From Phoronis australis (Eukaryota; Animalia; Phoronida), in NCBI GenBank assembly GCA_002633005.1, contig NMRA01000295.1, positions 481,633 to 545,632 on the forward strand: DNA of 64,000 bases, written 5' to 3'. The notes under the pieces were generated by a model. It saw only the letters and a program-made list of their open reading frames with translations. It was not told the origin of the DNA and did not search any database. Shown in pieces: positions 38,401 through 50,400 of the stretch. The position numbers and the translations under genes were made by a program. How positions within the stretch are numbered: the stretch's first letter is position 1; the number at the start of each line of letters is the position of its first letter.

Positions 38401-41400
38401 GAGAAAGGAAAATTTATGGATTCACTGGAAAACGCCATGTTTATAATAATATTAACAATAATAATAATAATAATGAAAACACAATGTGAGTGAGAGCCAT
38501 GTGCAATTGGTTGTTGGGTTTTTGGCATTTTGTTAATATAAAGCACGTTTCAGCACTTGATTTTTGGTCTAAGTGGTTGAGAACTCTTTGGAATCAGTTC
38601 TAGTTGATTGTTTCGTTCACAATGTTGTCTGAGGCTGTACGTGTGATTTCTTGTTGTTATTTTGCTTCGTTAAAAAGTTTCTAATTGTCATCATAAACTT
38701 ACAGTACTGGTCCGTTGATGCATTTGGTGTGGAAAACAAACGACGCATGTCTGGTATCCTACTTTCTGCATGAAATTTCAAGATTCATTTTCAATTTGGT
38801 TAAGAATGCCGACTGACACTTCTTTGGTGCAGGACTCTGTTTAATGCTGTGCATCTGTTTACTAGTCTCTTTACAAGTACTTGTACTGTAGAGCTTCTAA
38901 TGGAAGCAATGTTTTGTAAGACTCCATCCTTTAATGGAAGTCGGGGAATTTGGTACAGCTGAGCGCACTATATGCTATAAGCGCACTATAAGTCTCCAAT
39001 ACCAATTAGATACATAACTGTGTTAACATCAAATGTTACTAATCATTACTATTAAGGTTATCTAGGTCCTTAATAAACAACCGTCACTCACAAGTGAAAT
39101 ATCAAAAAAAGCTTTGTCAACCATTAAAATTGTATATTTTCTGAAAGGAAAAAGATCAAGGATTCTAAAAGTGTGCTTCTTACTGCTGTGTCTTTACTAT
39201 TATCACATGACCATGTTTTTTTAAGTTCATGAAAGGTACATTTATAGCTAAGTAATCTCTCTGCTAATTCTAAAATGAAAAGTTTACGTTATGCCGCAAA
39301 AACACTGTTAGAATTTTTTCCAAAAGTACCTTGTGTTTTGCGAGTTAATTTGGCATAAAACCTGAATTATTGAATAAGTAAAATTTAGTAACATCGTTTT
39401 TGAGACACAACATAAGCTTTAATTTACAGATGTTTTAGTAAAATCGACTGATTAGCATTGCACGCCCTCTATCGGCAATTACTCTGTACATGTTTGTGAA
39501 TTATTTTTCTTATATTGGTGCTCTTTGTATTCCACTGGCTACACTGATTGAACAGTCTCTACTGGGGCTTTCTGTAGATAAACCCACCCGGTGAAACACC
39601 CATCTGCGTTTATTTGGAAAATTATGCCAAATAAATGCACATGAGCATTTATTTGGTGTTACAACTTCTGATGTCAAGTGTCCAGATAGTGAGGTGTTTA
39701 TTTGGAAAACTTCCTCTTAAAAGACGCTAAGGGTCAACTTTTGGTCACAAATTCGGTTTTGTGGAGCATTTATCATTTATAAAACGAACAAAGTGCTGGC
39801 GAACAATGCATTTATTATCATAAAATTTCAAAACACATTTTTAAGTAAAAAATGTCAAAGTCAGGAAACCTAAGACTTTCTGTTTACATGCCCCCTTTTC
39901 CAAATAAACGCCTGAGCGTTTATTTGGTGTTACTGAAACGTCTGAAATTTTCCATTTTCCGAATACATGCCCATGGGCTTACCTACAGAAAATCCTGGTA
40001 AGTAACTCACTCCCGTTTGAGCCCATCAGCTGTGAACAGTCCCCAAGTAACTCACTTCCGTTTGTGCCCATCAGCTGTGAAGCGCGAGGCTGCCACTAAT
40101 TGGCTTACCTGGACCTACGCCGAATACTTGGAGACTGTACGCAGGACGGCAAAGGCCTTCATTAAGGTAGGCAAATCTGTTGCTATCACGCTGACTATTC
40201 TCTTGGCATCCATGTTCTGGTTGAAGTTTGAGTATGTTATTAGTCCTACATATGCTTGGTAAAAAATCTTTGTGGCAGTGTCTTGTTATATTTGTTTTTA
40301 AAAGTTCAGAAGGAAGAAAAATCCAATAACAATTTAAAACTACTTGGTAAAAGCAATATCGAAGCAGTGCGTCACTGAAAATGCCCCACTTGATAACGGC
40401 GATATCCATACTTTTTGAATTTGAATTTGATTTTGCCCTAAGTTGGTTGCTAATGTCTTAGGTTTGCGTACAAGTGGTCTTTGCTGGTGATTTTTTGTTG
40501 TGCTCAATATATTTGAAGGAAATGAAAAGACTGGTCGGTCATCACGACTGTTGCTTCATTGGGAACCCTCATGATGTTTTTTCCTTCGTGCAAAATTTCT
40601 TACCTGGTTTATTTTTTTGGGCAGATGCTGAGCATCTTATGAAGAGACGTTGTCACCATTGTTGTGTGTTTATGGTACACAAGTCTGTTGTGTGTTTATG
40701 GTACACAGCCTGATGTGTGTTTATGATACACAGCCTGTTGTGTGCTTATGGTACACTGCTTGTTGTGTGTTTATGGTACACAGTCTGTTGTGTGTTTATG
40801 GTACACAGCCTGTTGTGGGTTTATGGTACACAGCCTGTTGTGTGTTTATGGTACACAGTCTGTTGTGTGTTTATGGTGAACAGTCTGTTGTGTGTTTATG
40901 GTACACAGTCTGTTGTGTGTTTATGGTACACAGTCTGTTGTTTTCTCTTTCAGCTCGGCTTGGAACCTTATTGTGCTGTTGGTATCATCGGTTTTAACTC
41001 TCCTGAGTGGTTCTTCGCTGATCTCGGAGCAATCTGGGCCGGGTTTGTAATCACTATTAGGCTGCGTCTAGATAAAGTTTCCTTAAGACCCTTTCACACT
41101 CATCTCTTTCTCAGAATATCCGAGCCAGCCCTAACTGGCTTGAATTGAGTAGGAGACAGTAAGAAATGGTCAAAACATACCTCAAACGTGTTTTTACGAA
41201 GGTTTTTATTATGCTTGGTTGGTTCCAATGGTGACACCTTTTTTCAATTCTTATTATAAAAGCTCAGCAAGGGAAGAGTAGTGTTTTAAATTTCACCCTC
41301 TTTAGGTGGTTGATTTTATGTCCATTAACGACTCTAGGCACAGGCAATGTGAACATGAGTGTGCTGTTTTCAAATTCGTAATTTTAGGGCATATTATGTA

Positions 41401-44400
41401 ATATTTTTCAAATTAGCGATTTTAGGGTTTGCCAACCCCAATAAACTCTGTAGTGATTTTTTGAGTTGCTGATAATTTTGCTCTTTTTGGTAACGGAAAT
41501 GTATTTCTTTGCCAGCCATTTTGTTGAGCCTGACCAACATCCACTTACTAATTGTTATATCTTTCTAAGTCTGTAAATTAACCTTAATTTGCATAGGGGA
41601 TCCATTGAGAGGGATTGATTAAAATCAAAATCAGTTTTTCAACTGAAGTTGCTTTAGTTTGACCTATGACCTTTGACCCATTGATAAATTTTCAACCTTA
41701 AAAACATTCCGTGTCTGTGCCCTTTCCCCCTGAAGGTCGGTCTGTCCACTTGTGCAACCCAAAGTGCCCTCTTCTCTCTCTCGCCAATGGACTTGTGTGA
41801 ATTTGACTCGCTGTTTCAGTGGATTCGCCTGTGGTATATACACGACCAACACTCCAGAAGCGTGTCAGTTTGTGGCTAGTAACTGTCAGGCTAACATCAT
41901 TGTGGTGGAGAATGACGCCCAACTGCAGAAGATTCTGAAGGTGGAGGATAGACTGCCCAGTCTTAAGGCTATTGTCCAGTACAACGGAGAGCCATCGGTC
42001 AAGAGAGACAACATCTACTCTGTAAGTTTACAACGCGTGATGATAAGTGTGCTGTTGGGACCAGAAGCCTTCTGCATTTCAAATTCGACAAAATTCATTT
42101 TCCATCCAAAAATGCATATTTACAAAACTAACAGTCATGTCACTAATACCTTACAACACAGTTGAAGTTCTGAGATACGTTTGAAAAAAACGAACGTGAC
42201 ACTCGTGGCTAAAAGATTTGCCTCTGCAAACTTGATTCGTGGGTAACTTTAAAGGTGGCTATACTGACTTGACCTTATGTATGTTGTATTTGATGATTTT
42301 TATGCACATAAAAACATTTTTATTATAAGTTTAGTCTCCAGCCAGACAAATATCTACAGAATTATCAATTTTAACTCTGTAAATTTTCTGAAAGTAGAAA
42401 AGGTGCAAAGTTTGTTTTTTGCTTTACACCACTCTGTCATTCTTTGAGTCACGTGACCATGTCTTTTGGTAAATTTTTGCAGAAAAGAAGTGTTTTTCCA
42501 TAGAAATACAAAGGCATCAAACATGGCCAAATATCATTTGATATGAATGTTCCAAGATGAAATCTCAAAAATTTTGCTATAGTTTTCTAAATTATTTCAT
42601 TTTTGTTTTTTGCATTTTTGATTTTTTATAAAAAATCATAACAGTCCTATTTTTGATAACAGTACCCCTCTTGCAAAAGTGGATAATTTTAAGAACAATT
42701 CATAACAGTGTTTTTGAGAACAGTGAATAAAGCATAGTATCTGAAATTTTCACTGGAATCTGAATTTGATGTTCTTTAATAAGAATTACAAAGATGTTGA
42801 CTTGCTTGGTTTGTTTTGACAGTGGGGTGACCTGATGAAAATGGGCGACGAAGTCGGTGACGGAGCCCTGGAAGAGCGACTGAAGCTTCTTGCTCCGAAC
42901 AAATGCTGTACCCTTATATACACGGTGGGTGTTGAGTGCGGAGATGCCATGTGGTGCGCTGTACGGTAAAGTGTATGGCAAAATAATACCATAAAATGAG
43001 CTGAGTTGCCCTGTTATGGCGATTTGGCTCGTGTAGAATAATGTCATGCCTTTGCAACCGAATGCAAGTGTACATTCTTTAATCTAATTAAGAAGCATGG
43101 AGTTGTCAGAACAAGAGTAAAGTACAAAAGTATTTTCTGTTTTATGAATACCTTCAGCCGAATTTTCATTTATTCAATCCTTTTTATGTGCCCACATATT
43201 AATGTGTGGACGCATTATGCCGTCATCTCCGTCCGTCCGGGCGGCGTCCGTCCGGCGTCCGCTGCTTTATCTCCAAAACCCTTTGACATACCTTCATGAA
43301 ATTTGGCACATATGTTCCATTCATGAATGGGACGGCATGTACAAACTTTCGGACGGATCCGATTACCGGTGTGCCCCCTAGTGGCAATTTTAGTTTTTTA
43401 CGCTTACCTTTGTATCTTCAAAAGTCCTGAACGGATTTTCATGAAATTTGGTATGTAGGCACCTATTAGTGAGATGACGCTATGCTCCCGCTCAAAGGAT
43501 GATTGTGAAAATTGGCATGTATATGCTTACTATGTAGAGGACAGTTGACGATGATTTTCCGACGATTTCGACTACTGTGGCGCCTCCTAGTGGCAGTTTT
43601 GTTTTTTGTACGTCTACGGTTGTATCTCCTTAACCGTTCGCAGGATTTTTACGAAATTTTGTAAGTATATTTATCTGATGTTAACAACGAAAGATGACGA
43701 CTTTTGGACGGATCCGACTACTGGTGTGCCCCCTAGTGGCAATTTTATTTTTTTACGTTTACCTCTGTATCTTCACAAGTCCTTAACGGATTTTCATGAA
43801 ATTTGGTATGTAGGCACCTATTAGTGCGATGACGCTATCCTCCCGTTTTCGGATGGATTCGACNNNNNNNNNNNNNNNNNNNNNNNNNNNNNNNNNNNNN
43901 NNNNNNNNNNNNNNNNNNNNNNNNNNNNNNNNNNNNNNNNNNNNNNNNNNNNNNNNNNNNNNNNNNNNNNNNNNNNNNNNNNNNNNNNNNNNNNNNNNNN
44001 NNNNNNNNNNNNNNNNNNNNNNNNNNNNNNNNNNNNNNNNNNNNNNNNNNNNNNNNNNNNNNNNNNNNNNNNNNNNNNNNNNNNNNNNNNNNNNNNNNNN
44101 NNNNNNNNNNNNNNNNNNNNNNNNNNNNNNNNNNNNNNNNNNNNNNNNNNNNNNNNNNNNNNNNNNNNNNNNNNNNNNNNNNNNNNNNNNNNNNNNNNNN
44201 NNNNNNNNNNNNNNNNNNNNNNNNNNNNNNNNNNNNNNNNNNNNNNNNNNNNNNNNNNNNNNNNNNNNNNNNNNNNNNNNNNNNNNNNNNNNNNNNNNNN
44301 NNNNNNNNNNNNNNNNNNNNNNNNNNNNNNNNNNNNNNNNNNNNNNNNNNNNNNNNNNNNNNNNNNNNNNNNNNNNNNNNNNNNNNNNNNNNNNNNNNNN

Positions 44401-47400
44401 NNNNNNNNNNNNNNNNNNNNNNNCTCACATTTTGCCCCTAGCCTATTGAGGAGACAATGACCATGCCTTTCCATTTTGCAAAGTACAACATACTACATAT
44501 ATGCCCTCTACTGGCCACTTTATGATACCAATAAACAATCCTAGAAGGATACCGTATACGGTGCAATTGTGGGCGCATTTCAACGCTCTTCGTTGCTCTT
44601 GTTATGTATGTTCGCATTGCAATCTCTTTCCGTATTATGATATTTGGGCATAACCCAATGGAAGTTTGTGCGCATTACAATTTCGCAAATTCAACTTGTC
44701 GCTCTAACCGTTCTTATTTTTTCCTGCTTTTTATGCGCCCACATACTTATATTTGGGTGCATATTGCCGTCATCTCTGTCTGGGCATCCGGTGTCAGCAG
44801 CCCTATCTCCTAAACCACTTGCAGGATCTTATTGAAATTTGGCAGGTGTGTTCGTATGGGGTTGACGACAGAGGGCGATGAGTTTCGGACGGACCCGAAT
44901 ACCGCCATGCCCCCTAGTGGCAATTTTAGTTTTTACATTTGTATCTTCGAAGGTCCTCAACCGATTTTCATGAAATTTGGCACATAGGCATCTGCTAATG
45001 AGTTGACGCTATCCTTTCGTTTTTGGATGGATTCGAGGTATTTTGTGCCACCTAGTGGCCATTATTACTGTTTTCGAGTCTGTTTTTGGCGTCCGTCCCT
45101 CCCTCAACCAAACCGCTCAAAGGATGATTGCGAAAATTGTCATGTATGTTTTTACAATGAAGTGGACGGCTGACGATGATTTTCCGACGACTTCAACTAC
45201 TGTGGTGCCTTCTAGTGGCTATTTTGTTTTTTTCTGCCTATGGCTGTTTCTCCTAAACCGTTCGTAGGATCTTTACTAAATTTAGAAAGTGTATTTATAT
45301 GATGTTAATAATACAGGACGACGACTTTCGGACAGATCTGACTACTGGTGTGCCACCTAGTGGCAATTTTATTTTTTTACGTTTACCTCTGTATCTTCGA
45401 AGGTCCTCAACGTATTTTCATAAAATTTGGCATACTGGCATCTGTTAATGAGATGACGCTATCTCTCCATTTTCAGATGGATTCGACCTAGCTTAGCCAC
45501 CTAGTGGCCATTTTTACCATTTTCAAATCTGTTTTTGGTGTCCACCCCTTTGTCAACCAAATCCTTCTAGGGATGGTTTTGAAAATTGAAATGTTCTCAG
45601 TGTGAAGAGGACGTTTGATGATGGCGACTGACTACTGTGGCACCTCCTAGTGGTAGTTTTGTTTTGCGCCCATAGCTGTATTAAGATAACAACAAACGAC
45701 GACGAATTTCAGGCAGATCCAACGAATTCTGTGCCCACTAATGGCAATTTCCTTTTATTCTGTTTTCCATTGTTTCTCTGAAGTTCCTTGACAGTTTTTT
45801 ATGAAATATGGTATGTTCTCGTTTTTTTGGATGGATTGTACATTTCTGCGCCATCTAGTGGCCATTTTTATGATACAGTAAATAATCCTAAAAGCTCACC
45901 ATTTGCGGTGCATTCATGGGCGCATTCCAATGCTCCGCATTGCTCTTGTTTGTGAAAATCTGTTGGGAGGCCTGATTACTGTCTGTTGGCCTTTTTATGG
46001 TTATGGGTGTTTGGGAAATCTGCAATGGATTGTTTTTCACGGCGTTTCCAGAAGATTTAATCCAACCAGTGAAACTTGAGAAAGTACACCTTCGTTTCCA
46101 GCCACCAAATGGCAGTGCAATTGTACACCCACAACTCCCTAACTGCAAAAAGGCAAATGAGTTAATGAAACCCAACCCTGATGACCAAATGGAGTCTAGA
46201 GAGGGTGGTGTCTTTTTTCGGCTTGCCGGATGTCAATTAAAAATGAAATAATTCAAAAATAAAATGTCTTGTGTTTAGCTGTCAAGTACTGAAGAATAAT
46301 GAACAGTTCCTGAAAGGTATGGGTCTTTAGCTGTTTGTAAAGTTTTCAAAATAAACTTAACAGACTTCGACAGAACTCAGTCAGACCCTACCAAACTTGG
46401 ATGAACTTCTGGCCATAATTATTCGGCTGCTTAATTCTAAACTTTTGTCGCTGTGAGCTACCATGTTTGTCAAACTTAACTCAGAGTTAAATATCGCATT
46501 TTCGCATTGTTTGTCAATGGACTGGTTAGGTAGGATTGTCACAATTTCAAAAAACTGTAGAGGGGCAGCTGTTGATTTTTTGTCGAGATCTCGCCAGAAT
46601 TGAAACGGGTTCTGTTGGAAAAGAAATTATCATTTAGTCATGGTTTTATGCATCAAAACTCTTTATTGAGTATTAACATTGTCCAGATTATTTTGAAAAC
46701 TGTTTTTTCTAAGTTAATAATTGATTCTCTTTTTATTTTTAGTCTGGCACGACCGGCAATCCCAAGGGAGTTATGGTGAGCCATGACAATGTAAGTATCT
46801 CAATTTGTCATCTATATACTGTGTGTTTATGTATTGTACACTGCCAAACACTTGCGGGCATTATGCATCTCAAATAACTAGCAAGCGTCAATCTGATAGC
46901 ATCATGTCTGGATTTCTTGAGGCATATTAAAAATGCTTCTTTTAGAATATTGGCCCTTGTCTTAGAATCTGAATGCAGTGGTTATTGTTAAGACTAGAGG
47001 CATGCTTGTGACTCAGTTCTATTGTCTTTGTAACTCAATTCTAATGCGGGCCTGGGTTTTGCAACCACAGTGTGTTACTGAAAATTTTTTTTGCGCCAAT
47101 GGCTCTCTCCTAGAATTATCCCTACAGTGTAGCCGCAGACCTGTTGTCAGGCTATCTGTGCTGATTTTAAGATTATTTAGGACCTTTTCAACAAGTCTGC
47201 ATTCAGCCAGAAATCCTAGAATATGTATAATTTAACACTGACAAGAAATGTAGATATTTTCTGAAAGTAGAAAAAGCAATAGAAACCGATTTTCAGCTCT
47301 TTACCAGTTGATCATTGATTGGGTCCCACGAGCACATCTGTTTAGTAAACTTTAGCAATTAAAAAAGAAATATGCAAATCATAGCAAAACACTTGTATCA

Positions 47401-50400
47401 ATAACAAGACCAATTTCCGTATGATAAAAATGTTCAAGATAAAGTCTCAAAAGTGCTGTTAAAGTTTTCTAAGTTATCATTTTGTTTCCATTTTATGCAA
47501 CTTTAAAATCGATTCCTAACGGCGTTTTGAAAAAGAGCTCACAAAGCGCAATTACACGTGAATACGATCGTCCTTTTCTGAGCTATGATGTTCCGAAGTT
47601 AGCCAAATTTGGACATTTTTTCTCATATCCCACCTAACTCTAACATGATTCATCATTCCTATGGTTACCCGCCTAATGCTTTTTCCTGTGTTGTTTTACT
47701 GTAGATTACGTTCACGGCAAGGCGCGGCATAAAATTACTGAACCTGGAGATGGACAAGGACAACCTGGTCACGTACTTGCCCCTCAGTCACATCGCAGCG
47801 CAGCTAATGGATCTACACGCCCCTATCATAATGGGCTGTAGTGTGTACTTCGCACAACCGGACGCTCTCAAGGTACGCTGACCACTGGCGACTCGGGCTT
47901 GTCGACTGCCGTTCTCTAGTGAACCAATAGTAAACAGTTGCTGTTAGTTTCATCATGAAGTTCCATTGTAGTGTAATAGCCGCGTTGTAATGGAAATTAT
48001 GTATATGATATCTGTGGTTCTGATGCCAATGAACTTTTACTGTTGCTCAATGAATCGCAATTAGGATGATGAGGTGAGCCGTTACAAGCAGGGAACCGTT
48101 TCTTTTTTATCCGTGTTGGCTCCTAAACATCAAGTACACGTAGGTCGTGGGTCATTTAGGTTATTCTTATTCTGACTTTTTACCACCTGTGGAAAAGAGG
48201 ACATTTGAATTCTTCATGCTCCAGTGATAATGGTTTGTATCTCTCCAAAGGGTGTTTAGATAGACATGTAGGTTAGAGATTTCTGTCGTCCAATTTTCAA
48301 TTACTTCCTGTTACATTTTTGAGATTATAAGTCTTGTAAAATTACAAGGTGTTTAAATCCATTTTCTGTTTTCGTCTGATTCTGATCTTTTTACGTTCAT
48401 TACTTCTCTGTGCGTAGGGTAGCCTGGGCAAGACCCTGAAGGAAGTGCGCCCTTCCATATTCCTCGGCGTGCCACGGGTCTGGGAGAAGATGCAGGAAAC
48501 GTTGAAGGGCATCGCTGCCCAGAACTCAGCTATCAAGAACAAGATAGGCGCCTGGGCTAAGGATAAAGGCTATCGAGCTAATGTGGCCAAGATGAATAAG
48601 TAGGTCAAGGGTCAACAGTTAGGTCACCANGCGTCCACCCCTCTATCAACCAAACCGCTCAAAGGATGATTGTGAAAATTGGCATGTATATGCTTACTAT
48701 GTAGAGGACGGTTGACGATGATTTTCCGACGATTTCGACTACTGTGGCGCCTCCCAGTGGCAGTTTTGTTTTTTTGCGCCTATGGCTGTATCTCCTAAAC
48801 CGTTCGCAGGATCTTTACGAAATTTAATAAGTGTATTTATATGATGTTAACAACAGACGATGACGACTTTTGGACGGATCCGCCTACCAGTGTGCCCCCT
48901 AGTGGCAATTTTATTTTTTTACGTTTACCTCTGTATCTTCACAAGTCCGTAACTGTTTTTCATGAAATTTGGTATGTAGGCACCTCTTAAGGCGATGACG
49001 CTATCCTCCCGTTTTTGGATGGATTCGACCTAGTTTGCGACACCCAGTGGCCACTTATACTGTTTTTGAGTCTGTTTGTTGGCGTCCACCCCTCTATCAA
49101 CCAAACCGCTCTAAGTATGATTGTGAAAATTGGCATGTATGTTCTTACCATGAAGAGGACTTTGATTACTGTAGCGCCTCCTTGTGGCAGTTTTTTTTTG
49201 CGCCCATGGCTGTATCTCCCAAACCGTTTGCAGGATCTTTACTAAATTTAGCAAGTGAATTTATGTGATGTTGACAACGGACGATGACGACTTTAGGATG
49301 ATTCTGACTACCGGTATGCCTCTAGTGGCAATTTTAGTATGACCTCTGTATTTTCATAGTTCTTCAGGTGTATATTTTGTGTTACTTTGTGATTACGAAG
49401 GAAAAGTTCCTAGTAGAAATTTGTTTCTGGCATTCTAATGCTGTGCTAATCTCGTATGTTGGTAAATTTGTTTTTAATTCTATGTTTCTGTGGAGCTTTA
49501 AGCAACTGATGTATAGGATGTGCTTGTATTATGAAGATCACTCACATTTTGCCCCTAGCCTATTGAGGAGACAATGACCATGCCTTTCCATTTTGCAAAG
49601 TACAACGTACCACATATATGCCCTCTACTGGCCACTTTATGGTACCAATAAACAATCCTAGAAGGATACCGTATACGGTGCAATTGTGGGCGCATTTCAC
49701 CGCTCTGCGTTGCTCTCGTTGTCTTTTCCAGGGATCCTTCTACCCCGTTTGGTTACGGCATTGCCAACAAACTCGTGTTTCGTAAGCTAAAGCTAGCGCT
49801 GGGTCTTGACCGCTGCCGCATGTTTTTCACAGCAGCGGCGCCCATGATGAAGGAGACTTTGGAATATTTCATGTCACTCGACATTCCCATTTTTGAGATC
49901 TATGGCATGAGTGAATGCACAGGTGAGTTTCTTGTTTGCTTGTTGTTTTTCTCATTCCTGTTGCCAGGAAATACCGTAAGATGTCCTGAAAAGCACCTTT
50001 GGGCAATAGGTTTAATCCCTGTGGCTTCTATTTGTGCATCATCAGGTTTAAAACTTGATTTGTGAAAAGCTCTTTGAATCGAAAGAAACTTCAAAGCAGC
50101 CGCTTAATTGTTCATGTGACTCGAGCTACTACGTGTAGTAATGGCCATGATTTGAAACTTGACACTTTACAACAGTTGTAGCTATCAGTATAATGACACT
50201 CAGTTAACTTTTACTTGAGTGGTACCTGATCTAATTGGTTGTGTACGGGTCTGAACCAGGTCCCCACACTTGCTGTAGCTTCGACAATTGGCGGATATGT
50301 ACCGTGGGCAAAGAGATTCCTGGTTTTTCCACAGTTTTACATAACAAGGATGAAGAAGGAAATGGTGAGGTAGGCATGACCTTTGACTTCTACATTCTAA

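Noticed and set aside
40650-41148. Cys/Val-rich repetitive ORFs
   Set aside because: Translations of the 25-bp minisatellite; only 40954-41042 is a real exon
43821-44474. ORFs of about 200 aa in the ORF track
   Set aside because: Artefacts of the N gap
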